Assembly: GCA_963675785.1 (NCBI GenBank)
Contig: OY776562.1
Location: 288,001 to 352,000, forward strand
Direction of reading: 5' to 3'
From: Anaerolineae bacterium
GTDB lineage: Bacteria > Chloroflexota > Anaerolineae > UBA1429
Length of the DNA stretch: 64,000 nucleotides
Notes under the pieces: model-generated
Databases searched by the model: none
Told to the model about the DNA's origin: nothing
The model's input: only the letters and a program-made list of their open reading frames with translations
Program-made: the position numbers and the translations under genes
In this document: positions 38,121 to 47,167 of the stretch, piece after piece
Position numbering within the stretch: the first letter of the stretch is position 1
Layout of the letters: each line of letters starts with the position of its first letter

Positions 38121-39830
38121 CTACTGACTCTTCCAGAGCCGCTCGTAGCGAATGGTGTGTTCCATATGAGCAAAGTCCGAGACTTCTCCACTCAATGATT
38201 CTGAATGAAGGATGTTATAGGTGCCGTTGTAAACGGGCACCCATACTGCATCGTCCATCAACTCACCAAATATGTTGGTGTATTCAGCCATGCGGGTTTC
38301 GCTATCCAGAATACCCAGGGCACTGATGGCGCGGTCATGGAGTTCTGTATTGCAGTACCAAGACCAGTTCCAACCACCAACGACGGCTGCATCACAGCCT
38401 AGAATTGGCGCGTAAAAATCGTCAGGATCAGGATAATCCTGAATCCAGGCTAGGCCGCCGGACCAAACCAGAGGTGCTGTGTTCGGCGTGCCGCCGTCTT
38501 CAATGACTGTTGAAGCTGCAACCTGCTTGATTTCGAGTTCGATGCCGACTTCGGCCAGATCCTGCTGGAACGATTCGCAAATCTTGGGCTCGGGATCGAT
38601 AGCGACACACTCGATGACAGTCGAAAAGCCATCAGGATAGCCAGCTTCTGCCAAGAGTTCACGAGCTTTTTCGGGATCATATTCGTAACCGGTAAAAGTA
38701 TCATCGTATCCCGGCATTTCTGGCGGGAGGATTTGATTGGCAGCTCGTACACGGCCATTGAGCAGTGTAACAATGCGATCTTTATTGATGGCATAGTTCA
38801 AGGCCTGGCGTACACGCACGTCATCAAAGGGGGCCATTTGTGTATTGATGGCGATATAGATGGTTGAAACCTGGGGTGCCTGAACCAACTGTCCTTCCCA
38901 TTCGGGATCCTGGAGGATGCTGACATAATCGGCTGCGGGAATTGGATCGCCCATCATGTCGATTTCGCCGCCTTCGAGGCGCAGGATCTGTACATCAGGG
39001 GTGACACCTACCTGGATGATAACGCCATCAAGATAGGGTAGTTCTTCGATAAAGTAATCGGCGTTCTTTTCGAATTCGATCTGCTGACCCGAATTCCATG
39101 ATTTGAATACAAAGGGCCCTGTGCCGACGGGGTGATGACCAAATTCGTCGCCCCATTCATCAACAGCTTCTTGAGGTACGATAAAGGCAAAGTTGAGGGC
39201 CATTTTGTTCAAAAAGGTAACGTCAGAGCTGACCAGCGTAAATTTGATAGTATAGGTGTCGATAACTTCAATGCCCGAAACAGAGTCTGCCTCGCCTGCC
39301 ATGAATGCTTCGGCGCCCAGAATGCCCGTGTAGAAACCAGCGCCGGGGCTCATAGTGGCAGGATCAAGCACACGCGTGATTGAGTATTCGACGTCAGAGG
39401 CAACAAGTTCGCGACCGTTATGGAATTTGACTCCCTGCCGCAGTGTAAAGGTGTACTCTGTGGCATCCTCGTTGATAACGGGCATCTCTGCCGCAAGCTG
39501 CGGCACGAGGTTTGTTGTGTCATCATAGTCGAGCAGCGCATCATAGAGCATCTTTTCCGCTGGCCAGTTAGTCCAGTCATAGCCAATGGCCGGGTCTAGC
39601 GTAGCTAGGTCATCATTGTAAGCGATGGTCATGATGCCGCCATACTGGGGCTCATCACTTGCAGTTTCGGTTGTAGGGGACGTAGACGCATCTGTCCCGG
39701 GCGTAGCAGTGGGATCAGGTGCAGTTGTGGGTGTGCCGCATCCGCTCAATACGAGCGAAGCCAGCATAACCGTCAATGCGGCCCATTTGGCTGCTCTGGA
39801 TAGAATACCGTGTGTGTGGGTGGTGTTCAT
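38121..39830 (-). CDS. family 5 ABC substrate-binding lipoprotein
   Basis: lipobox LSGC, Pro/Thr linker, YTFTLRQGVKFHNG, VGTGPF, RQALNYAIN. Confidence 0.92.
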   Translation of the reverse strand: MNTTHTHGILSRAAKWAALTVMLASLVLSGCGTPTTAPDPTATPGTDASTSPTTETASDEPQYGGIMTIAYNDDLATLDPAIGYDWTNWPAEKMLYDALLDYDDTTNLVPQLAAEMPVINEDATEYTFTLRQGVKFHNGRELVASDVEYSITRVLDPATMSPGAGFYTGILGAEAFMAGEADSVSGIEVIDTYTIKFTLVSSDVTFLNKMALNFAFIVPQEAVDEWGDEFGHHPVGTGPFVFKSWNSGQQIEFEKNADYFIEELPYLDGVIIQVGVTPDVQILRLEGGEIDMMGDPIPAADYVSILQDPEWEGQLVQAPQVSTIYIAINTQMAPFDDVRVRQALNYAINKDRIVTLLNGRVRAANQILPPEMPGYDDTFTGYEYDPEKARELLAEAGYPDGFSTVIECVAIDPEPKICESFQQDLAEVGIELEIKQVAASTVIEDGGTPNTAPLVWSGGLAWIQDYPDPDDFYAPILGCDAAVVGGWNWSWYCNTELHDRAISALGILDSETRMAEYTNIFGELMDDAVWVPVYNGTYNILHSESLSGEVSDFAHMEHTIRYERLWKSQ

Positions 39831-39876
39831 TCCAAATCTCCTGTGCCTAGAAAACGATAAACAACCCCCGGAGAAC

Positions 39877-39935
39877 AAAAAAACGGTGACCCCGGAGTAT
39901 CACTTGCATCACTGCAATCTCCGGCATCACCGCCG
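39877..39935 (-). promoter_or_regulatory. ANTAR-type dual-hairpin antiterminator with overlapping intrinsic terminator
   Basis: minus strand CGGC-GGTGAT-GCCG, GAGA, TTGC-AGTGAT-GCAA; alternative stem CGGTGA..CCGGAG / CTCCGG..TCACCG + U7. Confidence 0.7.
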
Positions 39936-39976
39936 AAAGCTATCATAACTCTAAATATTAACACGCTTCTTCATCG

Positions 39977-40014
39977 GAGACTAGTGCAATCTGCACAAAA
40001 TATGCACTAGTCTC
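39977..40014. promoter_or_regulatory. 12-bp inverted repeat (operator, or terminator of the rio gene)
   Basis: GAGACTAGTGCA-N14-TGCACTAGTCTC with internal GTGCAATCTGCAC. Confidence 0.45.
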
Positions 40015-40037
40015 ATTGTTCGTTTCTACAAGATCTC

Positions 40038-41024
40038 TTACTCGTTTGGGATGCCGATGTCGCCACTGATCACGGGTGTCTCAGTCTGGATGATATGCTT
40101 CTGCCACAACTCTTGAGCGAGTACTGCTGAATCCCTTTCAAGACCCTGCGAGGCAAAATACTCGCAGATGCGGGTAACATCTCTCTCAAAGAGCTGATAG
40201 GCTTGCCTGTTGTTGTAGCAATCCACCACTTGCGGAAAGTCAATCAACGTGATCTCTCCCCGCCAGTAGAGCACGTTATAGGCTGATAGATCGCCGTGAA
40301 TCATCTCCAGATCCAGCATGATGCGGATATTGCGTACGAGCTCTTCAAAGAGAAGTTCTACCTCTTTGTGTTCAAGATGCACACTGCGCAATATGGGAGC
40401 AGCGATTCCATCGTCGCCAATATAGTCCATGAGTATGACGTTCTCACTAACGGCCAGTGGTATTGGAACCGAGGCTCCCGCTTCATACAGGCGCTTTAGT
40501 GCATCGTATTCATGAGCTAGCCAGGAGACATGCCTCAGTTCTTCTCCAAAGGAGGTTTTCTTGCGTAAAGCCGTCTGGCTGCGTCGGTCATTCTCCTTAA
40601 TGGCCTCTCCCCCCAAATCGACGATGCTACGTCCCTCACGGTAGGCGGCATCGTTGCGTAGATTGCGAAACTGCTGGGGACGGTAGACTTTGGCGGCGAT
40701 GATGCGCCCGTTATGTGCAGGCCCGGCCACGCAACGATAAACCGAAGCCTCTTTTCCGCCCTTGATAACAGAAAGTACGTCGACAATGAGCTCTTCTTCG
40801 ATGAACCCGCGAAGCGATTCGCTCAGCCATTTGGCTTCGTAGAGCCCCGGCTGGTATGTGGTCACAAGAATGTCGAACTCGCGATCATTCTGTGGGTCGG
40901 CACTGATGGTCGCTTGAGGCTTTCTTTTATCATGGAGTTTGTGATGCGTTGGACGAAAACCCAACGCCTGGAGCTGTTCGTCTTCTTCGAGATAGTCAAG
41001 ATCATTCAAATAGTGGGTGTTCAA
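40038..41024 (-). CDS. RIO1-family atypical Ser/Thr kinase/ATPase
   Basis: GGKEASVY, AAKVYR, IHGDLSAYNVL, LIDFPQ, RDV; TTG start with GGGAG RBS. Confidence 0.9.
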   Translation of the reverse strand: MNTHYLNDLDYLEEDEQLQALGFRPTHHKLHDKRKPQATISADPQNDREFDILVTTYQPGLYEAKWLSESLRGFIEEELIVDVLSVIKGGKEASVYRCVAGPAHNGRIIAAKVYRPQQFRNLRNDAAYREGRSIVDLGGEAIKENDRRSQTALRKKTSFGEELRHVSWLAHEYDALKRLYEAGASVPIPLAVSENVILMDYIGDDGIAAPILRSVHLEHKEVELLFEELVRNIRIMLDLEMIHGDLSAYNVLYWRGEITLIDFPQVVDCYNNRQAYQLFERDVTRICEYFASQGLERDSAVLAQELWQKHIIQTETPVISGDIGIPNE

Positions 41025-41071
41025 CTCGTTCTCCCAATTGAAAAGGATATTTCCAGAGTTTGGCGACCCAC

Positions 41072-41106
41072 AAAAAAAGGGTCGCAGGGCATGCGCCTTG
41101 CGACCC
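41072..41106 (-). terminator. attenuator terminator in the rio leader
   Basis: GGGTCGCAAGG-CGCATG-CCCTGCGACCC + U7 on the minus strand. Confidence 0.85.
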
Positions 41107-41120
41107 GATCTCGAAAAGAA

Positions 41121-41174
41121 TCAGGATACCACAGGCAAGGCGCGATAAGCGATTTTTCTTACAATGGTTTGCAT
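41121..41174 (-). CDS. leader peptide MQTIVRKIAYRALPVVS (17 aa)
   Basis: AAGGAGG RBS (41184-41190), ATG 41174, TGA 41121-41123; contains GCGCCTTGC complementary to the terminator 5' arm/loop. Confidence 0.75.
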   Translation of the reverse strand: MQTIVRKIAYRALPVVS

Positions 41175-41215
41175 GTTTACGCGCCTCCTTTCAGAGTAAT
41201 ATCCTTTGTGGCATT

Positions 41216-41244
41216 AGAATAATAGACCTGAGCCATGCTGTCAA
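41216..41244 (-). promoter_or_regulatory. sigma70 promoter of the leader-rio transcript
   Basis: TTGACA-N17-TATTCT. Confidence 0.75.
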
Positions 41245-41363
41245 GTAGGAATGTCTACGAGCAGCTCATCTTTTCAGGATGGCTCGCTCTTATATACAAG
41301 AGCGTTGCACTTTGTACCTCAGAGGAATAAAATACTCTTTCCTGTCGAGGAGGGAAGAGTAAA

Positions 41364-42632
41364 ATGGATGATTTGAGTAACGAAAAAGAGCCCAAAGTAC
41401 CCCCTGAGAAGGGCTCACGTGGGATAGAAAAGGTCTTACAGTTCTTTGGCTTACAGAGGAACTTGGCAGCATTGCTGGCCATGGTGGTGTTGGTAGGTCT
41501 GGGCGAAAAGATGGCAGAACGCTTTCTTCCGCTCTACCTAGTAGCTTTGGGAGGTGGAACGCTCTCTGTGGGCCTCTTGAACGGCATGGATAATCTCTTG
41601 AGCGCTCTTTATTCATTCCCTGGAGGTTATCTCTCAGAGCGGCTGGGCTACAAAAAAGCACTCATCATTTTTAACCTTATCGCGTTATTTGGCTTTGCCA
41701 TCGTCATCATCTTTCCGTATTGGCAAATGGTGATTGTTGGCTCTGTTTTCTTTTTGTCTTGGACCGCCATATCTCTGCCGGCTACGATGGATATGGTCTC
41801 TAAAGCATTGCCCAAGAACAAGCGAACGATGGGCGTGTCAGTACATTCCTTAGTGCGGCGTATTCCCATGGCAGTTGGCCCCGTGCTCGGTGGCCTGTGT
41901 ATTGACCATTTCGGTTTGAACCTGGGCATCCGCATTGCCTTTGGGATTGCATTTGTTCTGGGCGTGGTTAGTTTGTTCCTACAGCAGGCCTTGATTGAGG
42001 ATGATGGCGCTGGCAAACAGGTTGCCGAAAAGAATCCCCTCAAGCAGTTCAAACTCATTACGCCCGATCTGCGAAATCTGTTGATCTCGGACATCCTGAT
42101 CCGCTTTTGTGAGCAGATTCCTTATGCTTTTATGGCCATCTGGGCCATTCAGACCATCCAGAATCCGATTACTTCGACCCAGTTTGGCCTTCTTACGACC
42201 ATTGAGATGGTAACCGCGATGTTGGTATACATCCCGGTGGCCTATTTTGCCGATAGGAATACCAAAAAGCCTTTTGTGGCGATGACATTTGTCTTTTTTA
42301 CACTATTCCCTCTCATACTTTTATTTAGTCAGTCCATGCCCATGTTGATTCTTGCCTTTATCATCCGCGGTCTCAAGGAATTTGGTGAGCCCACACGCAA
42401 GGCGTTGATCATGGATTTGGCACCAGAGGAACACAAGGCGGCAACTTTTGGTGTTTACTATCTCGTGCGTGATGTGATCGTTTCCATTGCGGCATTTGGC
42501 GGTGCTTTCCTCTGGAAGCTTTCCCCAGAAATCAACCTTCTTGTTGCCTTTGGTTTTGGCGTTCTGGGCACACTGGTATTCATCATCTTTGGCAAAGATC
42601 TTGGAGGACAAAAAGCAGCCTCCGAAGCTTAG
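41364..42632 (+). CDS. MFS transporter
   Basis: about 12 TMs, GYLSERLGYKK and ADRNTKK loop motifs. Confidence 0.88.
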   Translation: MDDLSNEKEPKVPPEKGSRGIEKVLQFFGLQRNLAALLAMVVLVGLGEKMAERFLPLYLVALGGGTLSVGLLNGMDNLLSALYSFPGGYLSERLGYKKALIIFNLIALFGFAIVIIFPYWQMVIVGSVFFLSWTAISLPATMDMVSKALPKNKRTMGVSVHSLVRRIPMAVGPVLGGLCIDHFGLNLGIRIAFGIAFVLGVVSLFLQQALIEDDGAGKQVAEKNPLKQFKLITPDLRNLLISDILIRFCEQIPYAFMAIWAIQTIQNPITSTQFGLLTTIEMVTAMLVYIPVAYFADRNTKKPFVAMTFVFFTLFPLILLFSQSMPMLILAFIIRGLKEFGEPTRKALIMDLAPEEHKAATFGVYYLVRDVIVSIAAFGGAFLWKLSPEINLLVAFGFGVLGTLVFIIFGKDLGGQKAASEA

Positions 42633-42774
42633 GCTTTTGACTCGAGCATAATGCATGATTAGCAGGCTGCGATTTATCGTAGCCTGCTTTAACTTTTGGG
42701 GTTGTTTTGTTATGATGCCATCAGGCATCAGGGAGGATGTTCGCAGGCGCGTTAAGAAAGGCAAAGGAGCGTCT

Positions 42775-44100
42775 ATGGAAGGCCAACAGCAGCTCGTTCC
42801 GGATGTTACACAAAAGGCAGTCAAGGGTTGGGTTATGTACGATTGGGCCAACTCTGCATTTGCCACAACCATTATGGCAGCCGTGCTGCCTGTCTACTAT
42901 TCAAGTGTAGCTAGCAAGGGATTGGATTCAGCAGAGGCTACGGCGAACTGGGCTTTTACCACCACCATTGCACTGGTCCTGGTGGCCTTTTTATCTCCGG
43001 TTCTTGGCGCTATGGCAGATTATGCCGGCTCTAAGAAGCGTTTTCTCACTCTATTTGTTATTATTGGTGTCTTAGGTACAGGGTTACTCTATTTTGTTGG
43101 AGAAGGAGACTGGAAGCTCGCCTCACTGCTTTATATCGTGGGAAGTGTGGGCTTTTCCGGCTCTATTGTTTTTTATGATTCACTGTTGCCGCACATTACC
43201 ACATCAGAGAATATAGATCAGGTTTCCAGCCGAGGATATGCCCTGGGTTACCTGGGCGGTGGACTCATGCTGGCGGTCAATCTGGCTATGATCATGTTTG
43301 CCCCCGATAGTTTGACCGAACTCATGTCACGCATCTCTTTTGCGATGGTGGCGGTGTGGTGGCTTGTTTTCACGCTCCCCCTCTTGCGCAATGTACCCGA
43401 GCCGCTGCGTCGCATTCGCCAGAGTGAAGAGGGACTCAGCCCCATTCGCGCTAGCTTTAACCGGTTGGGCAATACCTTTGGTGAGCTTCGCAGATATCGT
43501 CAATTGCTCAAGTTCATTATTGCCTTTTGGCTTTATAACAATGGTATTGGCACCATCATCTATATGGCTACGATCTATGGCACAGAGTTGGGATTCAGCA
43601 GCACAACCACTATTGGCACATTGCTAATGGTGCAGTTTGTGGCCATCCCCTTTGCTTACTTGTTTGGCTGGCTGGCCAAAAAGATTGGCACCAAGACATC
43701 CATCCTTGTCAGCCTCGGCATCTATTCTGTGATCGCTATTGCAGGCTATTTTCTTTATGAAGAATGGCAGTTTTGGGCACTAGGCTTTGCCGTGGCCATG
43801 GTGCAGGGCGGCAGTCAGGCTCTCAGTCGCTCATTGTGTGGGCGCATGATGCCCAAAAGCAAGTCAGCCGAGTTCTTTGGCTTTTTCAGTGTCAGCGAAA
43901 AGATCGCAGGAACTGTTGGTCCGCTGGTATTCGGCCTGGTTAGCACGCTTATGGGCGGCAGTCGCCTCAGCATTGTTTCTCTGATCATCTTTTTCATCTC
44001 GGGCGCTCTGTTGTTGTTGACTGTCGATGAAAAGGAAGGCATTCGGGTGGCTCAACAAGAAGAAGCCGAATTTATGGCCTCTACCGAGCTGATTGCTTAA
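42775..44100 (+). CDS. MFS transporter, UMF1/Atg22-like
   Basis: WVMYDWANSAF, FYDSLLP, SSRGYALGYLGG, QALSRS; ATG 42775 with AAGGAG RBS. Confidence 0.88.
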   Translation: MEGQQQLVPDVTQKAVKGWVMYDWANSAFATTIMAAVLPVYYSSVASKGLDSAEATANWAFTTTIALVLVAFLSPVLGAMADYAGSKKRFLTLFVIIGVLGTGLLYFVGEGDWKLASLLYIVGSVGFSGSIVFYDSLLPHITTSENIDQVSSRGYALGYLGGGLMLAVNLAMIMFAPDSLTELMSRISFAMVAVWWLVFTLPLLRNVPEPLRRIRQSEEGLSPIRASFNRLGNTFGELRRYRQLLKFIIAFWLYNNGIGTIIYMATIYGTELGFSSTTTIGTLLMVQFVAIPFAYLFGWLAKKIGTKTSILVSLGIYSVIAIAGYFLYEEWQFWALGFAVAMVQGGSQALSRSLCGRMMPKSKSAEFFGFFSVSEKIAGTVGPLVFGLVSTLMGGSRLSIVSLIIFFISGALLLLTVDEKEGIRVAQQEEAEFMASTELIA

Positions 44101-44197
44101 TCTAGAGCGTTATTCGGAAAATGCCGAGTCCCCCTATTCTTGAATAGGGGGACTCGCGCAAGGAGGAAGGTTGTTGCTCAAAGCTAGGCGTTGGCTG

Positions 44198-45427
44198 TTA
44201 TTCGACTGGTGTCGCACCTAGCTCTAGGGAAATGGTCATTTCTTGAGAATCACGCAGGATCAAAAGCTCTATTTCGTCTCCGACCTGGGTTTCAGTCTCC
44301 AGGTAGAGGGTAAGATCCTCAAAGTCTTCGATGGGGGTGTCGTTGATCCCAATAATGATGTCGCCACCTACTATAAACTGATAGCCGCTGATGCTGATTC
44401 GTTGATCGCCGCCGAGTATGCCGGCTTCATCTGCAGGCCCACCGGCCACAATACTGCTAATCAAAAGGCCACTATCTACAGAGATATCTGCACCGGCCTC
44501 GTTCAGTACTTCGGTCAGCGATTCTGATAATGTGAGCATGCTCGCACCGATATATGGATGTTCATAGGTTCCTTCTTCAATCAGAACGGGCACTACGCGC
44601 TTGATAGTTGCCGAAGATACTGCAAACCCGATACCCGATGAAGAACCGCTCTCACTGATGATTTGTGAGTTGATGCCGATGACTTCGCCGCTCAGATTGA
44701 TCAAGGGTCCACCCGAGTTACCGGGATTGATGGCGGCATCTGTCTGGATAGCTTCACCGATAAAACGATCGTCTTCCGGACTTTCAATCACGCGCCCAAG
44801 AGCACTAATAATGCCGGTGGTTAGCGTCTGATCCAAGCCATACGGGTTGCCAATGGCCAAGACGGTCTGTCCAACGCGCAGATTGTCTGAATCGCCAATG
44901 ACCAATGGATCGGGTAGAGAATCGCCTGCATCAATGTACAGCACAGCCAGATCGTTCACGGCGTCATACCCTACAACCTCGGCGGTGTAGCTCTCACCAT
45001 CCGATAGCGTTACAATCACTTCATCAGCATCTTCAACGACATGATAGTTGGTAAGGATATGGCCTTCGGTGTCATATACAAAGCCAGAACCGGTACCTTC
45101 TTCTGCCGTGCTCCCCATGAAACGGTCATAGTAATAGATGGTGACACTGATGTTTACAACCGAAGGGCTGAGCTCGTCATATAGGCTGATAAGCTGCTCT
45201 TCCTGCGTCGATTCGATGACGACAGTTTGTTGTGAAGACTCCTCGGCATTGTTGGCAACAACAGCCGTGGCCGTTGGCTCTGCCGTGGCTGCCTCTGTTA
45301 CCGAGGTTGCAGAAGAGGCATCGGCAACAGGTGTTGTTGTCAGGTTGCTTAGTTGGGGCGTGCAGCCTACTACAAATGCAAGAGTTGCTATCCCAACAAT
45401 CGACATACGTACATAATTCTTTTTCAT
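44198..45427 (-). CDS. HtrA/DegP-like trypsin serine protease with PDZ, lipoprotein
   Basis: lipobox VVGC, GSGF, TNYHVV, QTDAAINPGNSGG, C-terminal PDZ. Confidence 0.93.
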   Translation of the reverse strand: MKKNYVRMSIVGIATLAFVVGCTPQLSNLTTTPVADASSATSVTEAATAEPTATAVVANNAEESSQQTVVIESTQEEQLISLYDELSPSVVNISVTIYYYDRFMGSTAEEGTGSGFVYDTEGHILTNYHVVEDADEVIVTLSDGESYTAEVVGYDAVNDLAVLYIDAGDSLPDPLVIGDSDNLRVGQTVLAIGNPYGLDQTLTTGIISALGRVIESPEDDRFIGEAIQTDAAINPGNSGGPLINLSGEVIGINSQIISESGSSSGIGFAVSSATIKRVVPVLIEEGTYEHPYIGASMLTLSESLTEVLNEAGADISVDSGLLISSIVAGGPADEAGILGGDQRISISGYQFIVGGDIIIGINDTPIEDFEDLTLYLETETQVGDEIELLILRDSQEMTISLELGATPVE

Positions 45428-45601
45428 GTCTTCCCTCCGCGCCATAACTGCGGTAATGCGTTGTAGATATGTTAATCTCAAACTGTTAAGAAGCAGTTGA
45501 AGTGCAAATAAAGTTCAATGCAATGAAGAGACGAGTTGAACGAACAATGGTTCGTGATGGACGAGTGAAACCGAGGCGCCTTGTCTTTTTAGGAGGAATT
45601 T

Positions 45602-47059
45602 TTGAGTAAGAACAGATGCTTTGCGCCACTGCTTTTGATACTCCCACTACTTATCAGCATTGTCTTTTTGCATTGCTTTCTTATGCCCACTGACCCGGAT
45701 TACTGGTGGCATGTGACAGCCGGTCGTACCATCATCGAAACCGGCTCTATTCCTCATACCGATCCATTTTCGTACACCTCTTTTGGTAAGGAATGGGTAG
45801 CGCACGAATGGTTCTCCGAAGTCGTCTTTTACGGTGTGGAGCAGGCTTTTGGCTATGTTGGCAATGTCGTTCTGTTCGGCCTGATTCTCTGTCTCATCTG
45901 GTACATCGTCTATCGCATAACACGCGATCGTGGCATTGGTGAACTGGGGGCGGCTTTTTGTGCCACAATCTGGTTTGTCATGGCTCGCGGCTCGCTGAAT
46001 GTTCGCCCTCAGGTTTGGACGGTACTCTTGTTCAGTTTGACGGTATTCATTCTGCAGCGCCGCCTGCTGGATCATCGCGGAAGCCTTTGGCCGCTCGCGC
46101 CGATCATGCTTCTCTGGGTCAACTTGCACGGCGGCTATGTCATTGGCCTGGGCACGATGGGCGTCGCATCCGTTTGTGCTTTTATCATGGCCCAGCCCGG
46201 CACAAGGTGGCCCAGTGCCCGACCTTTTGTGTATATTTTGCTTGCATGTTTGGCCGCTACTCTCCTTAACCCTAACGGTATTGACGCTTTGTTATACCCT
46301 TTTTCTTACGCTGGTACGGGCAATGCCTCAATGCAATATGTCCAGGAATGGCAGTCTCCAAACTTTCATAATTCGGCGCTGCTTGTTTCTGCCGTTTTGC
46401 TGGGAATTCTTGTTGCGCTGCCTGGTAAGACAACCTGGTGGGATGCACTGATGGTGGGAGGGCTGGCCGTTATGGCGTTGGTATCGGCCCGGCATTTGCC
46501 GTTGTTTGGCATTGTGGCGGTGAGCCTGTTGGCTTTTCGTATGGTGGGGTTATTACCGGGGCTGATAGCATCGATCAAGGCTTGGCCGACATTGCGCTTG
46601 CTTTGGGTTCTCTGTCTGGTCTGGCCAATCGTGGGGATCAATAACATCTATCGCACCGTGCAGGCAGAGCAGCCGCTTCAGGTGGGGCGCATGGCCACCA
46701 CCTATGGCTATCCCTATGAGGCCGTAGAATTCTTGCGCGGAATGGATTATCAGGGCAACATTCTGAACCAATACGACTGGGGCGGCTATTTGATCTATGC
46801 CGCCTATCCAGAATCAGCTCGTTATGTCTTTATAGATGGACGTGCCGATGTGCATGGCGATGCGCTGATGAGCGATTATATGTTGGCGGTAGGGGCAGAG
46901 CCAGGTTGGGCCGAGGTGCTAGATAAATACGGAATTGGCGTTGTGCTGCTGGGCCCCAACAACGCCCTTGTCTCTGTATTAGATGTCAGTTCTGACTGGT
47001 CGCAGGCGTTCACAGACGAGCTCTCGGTGATCTACATTCGCAGTGGAGTAAGTAACTGA
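45602..47059 (+). CDS. polytopic membrane protein, probable GT-C-fold glycosyltransferase
   Basis: DPDYWWH in first loop, HEW, RPQ, WVNLHGG, EWQSP, WGGYLI, FIDGR. Confidence 0.55.
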   Translation: MSKNRCFAPLLLILPLLISIVFLHCFLMPTDPDYWWHVTAGRTIIETGSIPHTDPFSYTSFGKEWVAHEWFSEVVFYGVEQAFGYVGNVVLFGLILCLIWYIVYRITRDRGIGELGAAFCATIWFVMARGSLNVRPQVWTVLLFSLTVFILQRRLLDHRGSLWPLAPIMLLWVNLHGGYVIGLGTMGVASVCAFIMAQPGTRWPSARPFVYILLACLAATLLNPNGIDALLYPFSYAGTGNASMQYVQEWQSPNFHNSALLVSAVLLGILVALPGKTTWWDALMVGGLAVMALVSARHLPLFGIVAVSLLAFRMVGLLPGLIASIKAWPTLRLLWVLCLVWPIVGINNIYRTVQAEQPLQVGRMATTYGYPYEAVEFLRGMDYQGNILNQYDWGGYLIYAAYPESARYVFIDGRADVHGDALMSDYMLAVGAEPGWAEVLDKYGIGVVLLGPNNALVSVLDVSSDWSQAFTDELSVIYIRSGVSN

Positions 47060-47167
47060 TTCGTTTGCGAGATACAATCGCACTATTTAGAAATAGCTAT
47101 TCTGATAGGGCATCAATGTAAACGGGGGAGACATCAGCCGACGTCTCCCCCGTTTCATCTCTTTGCG

